Below, piece by piece: positions 36,212 to 47,070 of a stretch of 64,000 nucleotides of DNA. Source of the stretch: Azolla caroliniana (taxonomy: Eukaryota > Plantae > Polypodiophyta); NCBI GenBank assembly GCA_043228905.1, contig JBHGNT010000002.1, positions 9,982,001 through 10,046,000 of the forward strand. The letters run 5' to 3'. Within the stretch, counting starts at the first letter, position 1. The number at the start of each line of letters is the position of its first letter. A model generated the notes under the pieces. The model was given only the letters and a program-made list of their open reading frames with translations. It was not told where the DNA came from and ran no database searches. The translations under genes and the position numbers were made by a program.

Positions 36212-39200
36212 ATGACGGGGAATGGATGACTAGACCGACCAACAACCCAGTCACCGAATGAGCAAGAATACTAGCCGAGAGACTACGGAGGGGGGAGGCC
36301 TACGAGTAGGCGGCCAAGGAGATCCAACAAGATCGGTCTTTTCACATAGATATTCGGCAAGTCACGGAGGAGACAATCTAGTCACAAAACCAACAACATT
36401 CAGACGAAGGCAGTAGTCTCAGCAGTTTACACGACATAGAATTGATACTGCAAACCCTAGCCACGAGCTTCGGGGACTCAGAAACATTTTCCACATTTGA
36501 GTCAAAGTCGAATGACGAACACAACGTCCTTTCAAACTACCAAAGCAGTCACGACACTCCGAACAAACCAGAGGACGACGGTTCAGAGCACACACTGACA
36601 CCATAATCGGAAACGACGTTACCAATATTGCCGGAAAACAAGAGGAATCCGGACCAACAAACCAAGAGGACGGGCAATCGAGTACCAACACCACCAGTGG
36701 ACCGACAATCGGAAGAGAAGAACGACCGTGTACCGACGCCACCACCGGACCGGCAATCAGAGAAAAAGGACAATCGGGTACCAACACCACCCCCGGAACA
36801 ACCTTTAGACGAAGACACCATGCCGTACATGTACCCAAAATACCGGGACAACCCAGATGCAGAGGCACATGTCTATGCCTTCTTACAGACATGGGAAGGT
36901 AACCATGTCTCGCAACGACTGATAGAAGCAGAGGCTGAGCGTTCAAAAATCGCGGAGTTCAGAATGACCAACAACGAAGTGGAATGCAAAGCATCTTCCC
37001 AATAGGTTTTCTACGTTGGATGCCCTAAAGGAAAAAAAAATTCTACTGTTTCACAGATAGGTGGAACAAAGGGAGTTAGTCGGACAATTTTACACGACCA
37101 AGAGGAGGATCTGCGATTCCGCCAACCAGTGCAATGCACCACGTGCCTCAACCTCAAACACTCCACGTTAGAATGCACAATGCGGACTCAGTGCATATTG
37201 TGCCACTCCCAGTCACACACTATAGACCGGTGTGAGTACAATTTGTTAAATCGGCAAGCGGCACCGGTCCAACATATTGAGCGTCGAAGTGAGCTACGAC
37301 TAGACAAGGATCCAGTGGATGAACGTTACCACCCGGAACATGGTGATCGGTATGAGGACAGAAGAAGAGACGCCTACGACCAGGATCGCTATGAGCGCGA
37401 TTACTCCCCGGATTATAACCAGCGAAGGGATGATAGAAGGTACCCGAAATGGCGAGCCTACCAAGACCAAGACAAACGAAACCCGGAATGCCAAGGGTAC
37501 CGCAATCACCGACGCAATTAGAACCGTAGGGGCAATTTTCGCCGAGATGAGCGTCGTGAACAGGCCCGGGAATACCATCGGGAACCGGATATAAACATGG
37601 CCACTATCCCACAACCAAAGCAACGGAGACCGGAAGATAGCAATCGGATGAATCCCGGTATCCAACCTAGAAAAAAGGGAATCAAGAAATATCCAAAAAG
37701 TGTACTGCTACTATTGTCAGAAGGAAGGCCATTATAGCACCTAGTGCCTAGTCACGTCTAATGTGAAACAGCCGACAGTGAACATGGTGACCGCAAAAGT
37801 CATGGATGTATAGCAAGTCACCACCCGATCGAAAGGGAAAGCTGCAAAGTGGGAGACCCAAGAGGCAATCTGAAAGCAGGTTACCGAGTGGATATAGAAG
37901 GCCAATGAACGGAATGTGGCCGAAGTAAAAGAACAGTCCAAGTTTCCAGCGGAACCACTCGAGACCACAGATGACGACCCAACCTGGCAAGCGTTGCAAC
38001 AATGCCAGATTATGTTGCCTCTAGGCCGCCTATTACAATTGGTTCCTCATTTACAGTAGGCCTTAAATTGGCATTACCACCACAGAATCCAGAGCCGGCA
38101 CCAACATTCTTTTCCAATCCAGAGGACGGACCGGTCGTAGTGGACACAAGTAGTCTAGCAATCACGATGATAATCAAAGGAAGCGAGATACTCAGAACCA
38201 TTATTGACGGAGGTTCCGGTGTAAATGTAATCAAGCAACGAAGTAGGGATCAACAAATGGGAGTCGTGCTCATTTTGGCTACGAATGGCAAACACTAGTT
38301 CGGCCCGGCCAACCGGACTCATCCAGGACCTCGACATTACAATCGAAGGCCAAGCGTTCTGAATCTCCGCAATGGTACTGCAACTCAACGCACTAGGGCT
38401 TACCCCCTATTATTAGGACGACCATGGTTGCTTACGGCGCATATTAAGCAAACTTGGCAAAAGAACGTGATTACCTTCCAACGAGGGAAAACTAAGGTGC
38501 GGGTGTCGACACAACAACGGGTTGGTACAACTAAGCAGCTAACGCCACAATACACAGAGAGTATTAACATGCTGGATGGATTCTCAGATGACGAAGTCGA
38601 CCGATATCTAGAGGAACACCCCAAGATTGTGTCGTTATTTGAAGTAGATGTAGTCGAAGCCGTCACGTCATACGTCACGCACCAGGAGGATGAATTGGAC
38701 GAGCCGGATCAGGAGGCAGTTCGGGAACTACGATAGGCACAAGAATCACTGGAGAGGGAAACGGCAGTATCCGAAAGAGTAAAGGTATCGAAGGTAGAAG
38801 AAGTCAACCTCGGGACACGGGAGGCACCGAGACCAGTAAATGTGGCAAAGGAAATGCCACCGAAATAGAAAACGGCAATGGTGGAGCTACTCAAAGAATT
38901 CCAGGATGTTTTTGCATGGTCATATGAGGATATGTGAGGGTTGGACCCCCAGTTGTACCAACATCAGATCCATCTGAGTAAGGATGCAAAGCCGGTAGCG
39001 CAACAACATTACTGAATGAACCCAAATTACGTAGCAAAAGGAAAGGAAGAAATTGATATGATGCTAAGAGTCGGTTTTATCCAACCAATAAAACAAGCCA
39101 TGTGGTTGAGCCTGATAGTTATTGCACCAAAAAAGAACAGAAAAATTCGGGTTTGTGTCGACTATCGAAAGCTGAATGCGGCCACGTTGACTCACGCTTT

Positions 39201-41640
39201 TCCTCAACCATTCACAGACGGGGTATTAGACACGGTCACCAGTCACAAAGTGTACAGTTTCTTGGACGGATTCATCGGATAATATCAAATTCGGATGCAC
39301 CCAGCGAACCAGGAAAAGACGGCGTTCGTCATGGAGTGAGGAGTGTTTGTCGTAGTGGTCATGATGTTTTGACTAAAAACAGCATCGGCGACGTTTCAAA
39401 TAATCATAATGGAGATATTTGGAGAATACATCTCGACTTTTATGCAAGTATTTTTGGACGATTTTGCAGTCTATAGATGACAGGAAGATCATTTGAACCA
39501 TCTCTGGATGTGTTTGGAAAAGTGTCGGGGATCCTGACTAAGCCTCAATCCGGCAAAATGTGTTTTTGGGGTAACAAGCGGGGCACTACTCGGACACATC
39601 GTCAACAAGGATGGAATTATTGTAGACCCGGAAAAGGTAAAAGCAATCTTGCAACCACCAATGCCAACCAACGCCAAAGCATTGAACCAGTTCTTAGGAC
39701 AGATCCGGTGGCACAACCGAACGCTTTGATACCTAGCAGACTTCGCAACTCCATTACATGCAGTTGTGCACTACATACCCTTTCAATGGACGGAGCAAGA
39801 AGAGAAAGCGTATCATGCATTGAAAGTGATGCTGTCACAAGCTACGGTAGTGCAACCTCCTGATTGGACGAAAGATTTTCATGTGTTCGTTGATGCGTCA
39901 AACATAGCAATCGGGAGTGTCCTCATGCAGTTTACCAAACCAAAGTGGTACCATCCGATATATTACGCGAGCCAGAAACTCTCAAAAGTTGAACGGAATT
40001 ACTCCACAACAGAAAGAGAAGCTCTAGGGATGGTATATAGCGTCACAAAGTACTGCCACTATCTGTTAGGGGGCGAGTTTTCATTCCATGTAGACCACTT
40101 GGCACTAATCTATTTGGTATCCAAGGCATCATTAACCAATCAGGTCGCGAGATGGACACTCCTACTACAAGCGTTCAAAGTTGAGATCTACCACCGACCG
40201 GGAGTATAGTATAGCATGCGGTGGCCGACTACTTGAGCCGGCTAGAATCTGGCGAAGCAAGGGACGGAGTCCGACATGAGTTTCCCGATGCCGAGCTATT
40301 CAAGGTTATTGCGGAGATGGTTGTAGATGAGACAGTGGCTGGAGAAGATAAGTGGTTCACCGACATGCACTAGTTCCTGAGTACCGGATTACCTCCGGAA
40401 GAACTCAGCCAGCATGAACGGAAACGCCCTGTTGTCCAAAGCCGACACTTTTGTTTAGTGCAGGATACAGTGTACCATAAGGGAGCTAACGGTATTTGGC
40501 GATGTGCGGTGCGGAGTGACGAGAAAGAAGCAATCTTACGAGAGGCGCATCGCGGCGTTGCTGGCAGGCACTATGCCGGAGATGCCACCACCCGGAAACT
40601 TTGGCGAAGTGGGTTATGGTGACCGACAACCCTCATGGACGTGGTTTGGTATTGTAAAGAGTGCAATCTATGCCAACAATTGGGCCAACCAACGAAGCAG
40701 GCTTAGATGCCCCATCAACCAGTGTTGCCATTGGAACCTTTCTAAAAGTGGGGGTTAGACTTTGTGGGACCATTTACATCGCCAACAATGTGTACGGGGA
40801 ACCGGTATATCATAGTGGCCACCAACTATTATACAAAATGGGTGGAAGCAAAAGCGCTCCAGGACAACACCGCGACGTCAACAGCTAAGTTTCTATACAA
40901 GTACATATGGTGCCGGTACAGGTGCCCGATTGAGCTGATTAACGACCATGAAGGAAATTTCCTCGGCCACGTGGTGGAAAGCCTAACTTCCTTCTATGTA
41001 GTAGTGCATAAATGCAGCATGCCATACTACCCGCAGGCAAACGGATTGGTGGAGTCAACAAATAAGACGCTCCAAAACATCCTCCGGAAGATTGTAAATA
41101 AGAACCCGACGAATTGGGACACCAAACTACACAGCGCGATATGGGCATATAGGACGGTGTATAAAACGAGTATCCAGACAACATTGTTCCGGTTGGTATT
41201 CGAACTAGAGGCGGTAATGCCCATGGAGTTTCAGATCCCCAGTTTACGGATTCAGGTTCGGAAGCGATTGAGTGAGAAGGAATCCGAAATAATCTGGTTG
41301 GCAACATTATGTGAATTAGAGGAACAATGGATAACTAGTGTGTTGCAATTAGAGCTCAAGCAACGAAGATGGAAAGCTTTTGTGGATCGGCACAGGAAAG
41401 GCAATGAGAAGAACTTCAGCATAGGCAAGCCAGTATTGGTATTCCAGACCCGGATGGGCAGTGTTCTGGACCTGATCATTCTGGATTACAAGGGAGTTCA
41501 AAGGGTCTTACCAACTCGGAACACTAGCCAGCGAGGTACTGGACAAATGGATCAACGGGTTCCGTATAAAGCTGTATAAAGGACCGATGCCGGAGAACCC
41601 TTTTAAGGAACTGGAGGAACGGCAGGAAACCGGAGGAGAA
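36212..41640 (+). pseudogene. Gypsy F gag-pol, degenerate
   Basis: Knuckles CTTCLNLKHSTLEC, CILCHSQSHTIDRC and CYYCQKEGHY; protease IIDGGSGVN; RT VDYRKLN and FLDDF; RH VFVDAS; INT YYPQANGLVES. Confidence 0.9.
36670..36800 (+). repeat. 48-bp in-frame repeat x about 3 in gag (RVPTPP.DRQSE.K)
   Basis: Peptide repeat visible in ORF 36628..37005. Confidence 0.85.
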
Positions 41641-42085
41641 GCAGTAGCTGGGGAAAGTCTGATGACAACGGAGCCGGTACAATTGGGTACAACGGAGACC
41701 TAACGACGCTTGGTACAGCGCAGTACCTTATGTCGTACATTTTTCAAAAAAAAGAAAGATATCATGCAGAGGCCAGGAGCAAAAGGATATGATGAAAAGT
41801 GGCATGCGGGGAGATATCATTCGCAATTTTAAACGAACACAATGAAAAGGTGTGACATCGGCCATTTAAAGCGCACCACGTGCCATACTTTACTATTATG
41901 GTACACGACGTGCATGCATGGGAATAAAGAAGAATACGTAGTGGCTGCGAATATGAGTTTCATATGGCAAGCACAAGATCTTGAGAGCACAACAGAGCAC
42001 TTAGGCTTCTAGATGAGCACATGCCATCAATAGAACCCAAGCACCCACTCGCAGCAACGAAGTCGACGAAGAGTTTACAAAACTG

Positions 42086-44950
42086 ATGGCACTTTCGACC
42101 GCCACCAGAGATTGGCTCAGCAAGAAAGGCCTTGAAGGATTCATCCGGGTAGCTGATGCCCCACCACACGAAGAACCAGAGAAGGTCTCAACAATGATCA
42201 ACCTCGACGAAATCTCTGAAGGCATAGTGTAGGCGCTCATCGGGTTACCTGCCGAAGGCCTATGCTGCATTGAAAACCCCTCCACAGAAATCTTGACCGA
42301 CTAATTTGGGGAGTACTCTATAGCAAGAAAAGTTTACCGGACATAGGGAGGTGAGAATCCCCTATTCCGGGAAGTAGCTCGTGTCTTATTAGAGTATGGA
42401 TTTGTGCACCCTCGACCACTGGCCATGCTGAGAACATGGACGAATTTATCATTGCAACATTCGAAAGGCTCAAGGTGAACTAGCCGGTGATTGTGGCCTA
42501 CTCGTTATGGGCAGGAATAGCGTTCGTAATGGATGGGAAGAAAGCATGGGGCGGATTAGCACAATGGCTAACAATATTGGTACCCCCAACATGCGTCATC
42601 AAGCCAAAGAAGCGAGCCCGGTCGGAAATCACACCCAACAAGTCCTCCAAATGGGAGCAACTCCTAGCAAAACACACCCCCAGATGGAAAGCAAGAGACT
42701 CGTCTCGACAGGAAGAAGAAGCGTTGGTGAACCGGAGGCAGGAACCTGTGGAGAAAGTTCCGAAAAAGACGGTGAAACCAATCAAGATAAAGCTGCGACG
42801 GCATGATAGAGACTAGGAGCAAGGTTGTTAGGTACGTTAGGTACAGTACAGATACCATACGTATATAACGTATTAATACGCATATAGTACCTCCCAATTT
42901 AAAAATACGTTAAATATGTTTTCTTAATATGTTAAATACTTATAAAATACGTATTTTACATATAGTACGTTACATACTTCTACAATTTGAAAATTATTTA
43001 CCTTTCTAGAAAATATCTCTAATATTGTAAAATACATCTATGTTTACACAATTTTGTGATGTACAATATAGTTCTACATCCTAAAATGCATATAAGACAT
43101 TTGAACATTTCATATCCTAAAATACTTGCAGTAATATGGATGTCGACATTCCCTTATTCTATAAATCAATGTAAGTGTGTATCACGATGTTCTATTTCAA
43201 ATTGTAATTATTTACAATTATGCCTTCATAGATTGAGGAATCGTCTACGATTATCACACTCATGATAGGTTTCTCTTTTCTTCGTTTTCTTCTTCTTCTT
43301 CTTCTTCTTCTTCTTCTTCTTCTTCTTCTTCTATCTTCTGCAATCATCACACTTAGAGTCATGACAGGTTTATGTCTTCTTTTCTCTCTTCTTCTTCTTC
43401 ATCTTCTTCATCGTCGTCTCTTCTATTCTTCTTCCTTCCTTCCTTTGGCTTCTTTTTCACTAAAATCTTTTTTTTTCTTTTGGTTTTTGTTGGGGTTTTA
43501 CTTACATTTTCTTTATAAATATGTATTATACCTATTTTTTTATAAATACGTTAAATACCGTATTGGACAAATGTACATGATATTTGACTGAACAACATTG
43601 AGGTATAGTACGTACTATACAAATGATGAGGGACTATATGTATTTAAACGTTAAATACGGGTACTTAAACAACCATGACTAGGAGCAACTGGTACAAATG
43701 GTAAACCAAGAAACCGCGGAAGAGGAACCTGTCGAAACCCTCCAGTGAAGCTCACGGAAGCGCGATAGTGAGCAGCAAGGGGAAGGATTGGGTCCGGAGA
43801 AGGACAATACACCGATTCCCCGCTCAACGGTGTTGGAACCCATACTAGAAACGGAGCCAGCTAACATATCAGAAGCGGTGAAGACGGTTCAAACTGAACT
43901 AGAATTAGAGAGACATACATCACCGGGTCTTTTAATGCAGCAACAAGAAGAACGCCAGCCAAAGCAGACACTACAGCAAGAAGAGTTGTTTGCACAATGG
44001 CTCAAGGAGGATGACGAACTGCGACCGGAGCCAGTGCAGCAGTTCGTTGCACTCACACAACATGGAACCTGCATACAATGGTTAGAATGGCTTGGCAAGC
44101 AAGTATCCGGTGTGGCTAACGGGATGGATGACGAACAACGGGTGGAGCGGAGACAAGTGGAACGGTTGCCAACAACAACTGAAGAATTGGAAAAAGCCCA
44201 AAATCAGATTCGGAGCCTAGAGGAGGAGTTGGCAAGGGCTAAGGAGTTCGGGGTCCTTATGTCAAAGATGGGCCAAAGCACAAGCTCTGGAACAGAGCCG
44301 GTAGAACCGGCTAATCTACAAAAGGAAGCTCTGGAAACGAATGCCCAAGTAGAGGCCAACACAACCCTGGTAAAAGACGTTGAGCGGGAATAGGAAATGC
44401 TAACAATAAGGGAGGAATTAGCCACTCAAGAAGCATTGAGAGAAAGAGAAAAAGTGCAGAAGAAGACAACTGAAGAAGAGAAATGGAGAGTTGAAGAAAA
44501 TCCCTGAAAAAGTCAAGCAAACAATGATCAGTTGAAGGAGGAAAGAGAAAAGTTGTTGTAGGAAAAAGACAAGCTCCGGAGGATGGCCGAAGCAGAGAAA
44601 AGAGCAGCGGCAATAAACATCAACGATGAGGAATAGTCTACGGAACCACAACCACAATCGCAGTCGGAAGAGTAGTTGAACCAATAGCCGAATGAAGTCG
44701 GAGTGGAGCTGGTACGAAACAAACGGAAGAAGCTGAGACGGAATAGCTAGAGCAAGTTGGAAATGGAGAGAATGTGGGAGCCAAAGCAGGACAAGAACAT
44801 CATTAGCCGGAAGGGGTCAGAGAACAGCAGCAGCAACAAAGTGAAGAACCGCTCGAACCCTTGGATCAGAGCATTTTGGACATACTTGATGAGGAGTGAT
44901 GGAGCTAACCCGTGGGTTCGACATGCAATGCACTGTCCCACGAGTGTGCC
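42086..44950 (+). pseudogene. Additional sense ORF of Gypsy F (split by a hAT MITE), with acidic and coiled-coil-like C-terminus
   Basis: MALSTATRDWLSKKGLEGFIRVADAPPHEE..; KPKKRAR; PIKIKLRR; EELEKAQNQIRSLEEELARAKE. Confidence 0.78.
42820..43677 (+). mobile_element. Non-autonomous hAT element (MITE, 858 bp), 8-bp TSD ACTAGGAG
   Basis: TIRs CAAGGTTGTT / AACAACCATG; TSD at 42812-42819 and 43678-43685; subterminal TACGT motifs; internal (CTT)n. Confidence 0.9.
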
Positions 44951-45270
44951 ATGTGTTGGCCAAAGTATGGTCCGAAGGACAAATGTGGAAAGGGATGAGT
45001 CAGAATTGAATATTATATCTAGAGAAATAATTAGTTAGAAATATTATAGGAACAGGTGGATCCGGAATAGTTGTACCAATCCGAATTTGGACCGATTCAT
45101 AGCCGGTAGCCGGTAAGGCACCATTTTGTATTCTCAACCGAAGGCCTATAAAAGGATCCGGGAATGAATGTAATAGCTAGCAGAAGTAATACAAGTTGGA
45201 GTTTTGATTTAAGAGCATTGTGTTCCTTGTCTACTTGCCGTTCTATGCTTTCATTCTCTATCTTACACGT

Positions 45271-46421
45271 TGTCGTGAAGATCCGTCACTACGCGCGGAT
45301 CGTGAGGCGGAACCGTCGGGGTTCTGGACCGGAAGGATTCAAAGTCGGTACAAGCTTTGGCGCAAGCTTTAGCGAGAAAGTACTTAAGATAGATTGGGAA
45401 AGAGAGAAGTTGAGATCACACGATTGAGAGAGATTGATTGAACTTTTAACTTTAGATTTAAGAAACAAGTTACACGATCAATTTGATAACGAATTTCTTC
45501 CTCTTAATTTTCATAAAAAAACGTCTTTTTTTTCTCCTCCCCCTTCCTTCTTTTATAGATGCTCTCATGCATATGATGCATGTGAGGGTACAAGACATGC
45601 ATAAATTGCATGTTTGCCATTTGGCGCTTATGTATTACATGTGGTGCATGATAACCATGTCACTCATTTTAGCTCTCATGTATGAGAATTTACATGTAGA
45701 AGTACAATGATAGAAATATAATTTCACCTAAATAGCATGGCTTAATGGTAAGCCAATTGACTCCTAACTTGGAGGTGCAAGGTTCGAATCCTTACTTGCC
45801 CTCCTTGTATATGTATATATGTATATATATTTATATATTTATTTATCTAGTCGCCGGTTCGTCGAATGCCGTCGGTTACCGATGCCATCGCCGGTTGCCG
45901 CCGGATGCTGTCGTCTCACCAACGCCGGATACCGGTGCCGCCGGAAACCGGTGCTGCCGTCGGTTACCGGTGCCCCGCCGGATGCCGTCGTCGGATACCG
46001 GTTTGCCGCCGGATCACCGGCTCCATCGCCGGTCCGGTTTTGGTTGGCCAAAACCCTTTACGGGTAGCTAGCCCACCTCCACTCTTAGTTCAAGTTACCT
46101 TGAACTCTCTATGCTCCACACATAGACACAAAGATAATATCTTTTGCTCTACCTTATGTATGATGAGAGCCGTATTTGTCGTGTCTATGTGGGATATCTC
46201 ACAATTTTCTCTTTTCCTTTCACAAACTTTATACCCTCATATCTTGACATTTAGTTGTTCGTTTCTCGTGTAATAAAGTGCATTCGAAACCTCCATCATT
46301 TTGTACTTAGATATTAAATTTATTTAAAATGTTATCTTCACAATTATTGTATTATGTGATTCATACTCGATTTCGTACGTTTTATGGGATTTTCACACTA
46401 TTGCCGAAAATCTTCACGACA
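45271..46421 (-). mobile_element. Solo LTR X (1151 bp) of the TGTCGTGA/Trp lineage, 4-bp TSD ACGT
   Basis: TGTCGTGAAGA...TCTTCACGACA; ACGT at 45267-45270 and 46422-46425; U5 motif shared with 27185-27245. Confidence 0.82.
45731..45802 (+). other. tRNA-derived Pol III cassette (A box and B box) inside solo LTR X
   Basis: TGGCTTAATGG at 45738-45748, D-like stem GGCTT/AAGCC, loop CTCCTAA, GGTTCGAATCC at 45781-45791. The acceptor stem does not pair. Confidence 0.65.
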
Positions 46422-46425
46422 ACGT

Positions 46426-47070
46426 TGTCGTGATGTGGTGTGTTTAATGCGAGAAAAAGTGAAAATTTGAGGATACATGCACATTACACAAATACTTGTA
46501 AAAATGAAAATAATAATAAATAAACCTAGGACATGATGGTACTAAGTGCATATTGAGGGTTGCAAGTAAGATTTGAACCTTTCACGTCTAAGATAAGAAA
46601 CAATTATCATACCTCTAAAGCTACTACTACATGCTTTACATTTTGTATATTTTCTTTTCATATTCAGTATTTCATAGGTAGCAAATAGGCAAAAACCGTA
46701 TACACAAAACCATGGTTTTAAGCCCATGGTTTTGTGCATGTCATAAGCAAAACCGTGTCCACAAAACCATGGTTTTGTGCATGTCACAAGCATGGAGAGA
46801 CCTATAAAAGCCTCTAGTTGGGCTTGTGTATAGGGGGGGGCTCAATATGTGATATCACCAACACCACAACATCAATATAATTATATTCATCTTTATCTTC
46901 TTCATATTTTTCTACTTCTCAAGTGTACAATCTTTCTTCTTCTCAAGTGAACAAATTTCATCCAATCTTACATTGATCATCATCTCTTCGATAATTCCGC
47001 GAACGTCCTCCCTAGTCCAAGACCCCGGTGGTTGCTTGAGTAACACACGCACGCACGAATCTTCGCGACA
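46426..47070 (+). mobile_element. Solo LTR Y (645 bp), same lineage, flanks ACGT/TCGT
   Basis: TGTCGTGATG...TCTTCGCGACA; TATAAAA at 46803; GTCCAAGACCCCGGTGGT matches the Trp-Gypsy U5. Confidence 0.8.

Noticed and set aside
43262-43591. Poly-Leu membrane-protein ORF (also 56142..56324)
   Set aside because: It is a translation of the (CTT)n tract inside the MITE.
42086-44950. Calling the extra ORF an envelope gene
   Set aside because: No signal peptide or conserved transmembrane helix is visible in both copies; basic NLS-like and coiled-coil features dominate.
45731-45802. Functional tRNA-Arg(CCT) gene
   Set aside because: The acceptor and anticodon stems do not pair; kept only as a tRNA-derived cassette.
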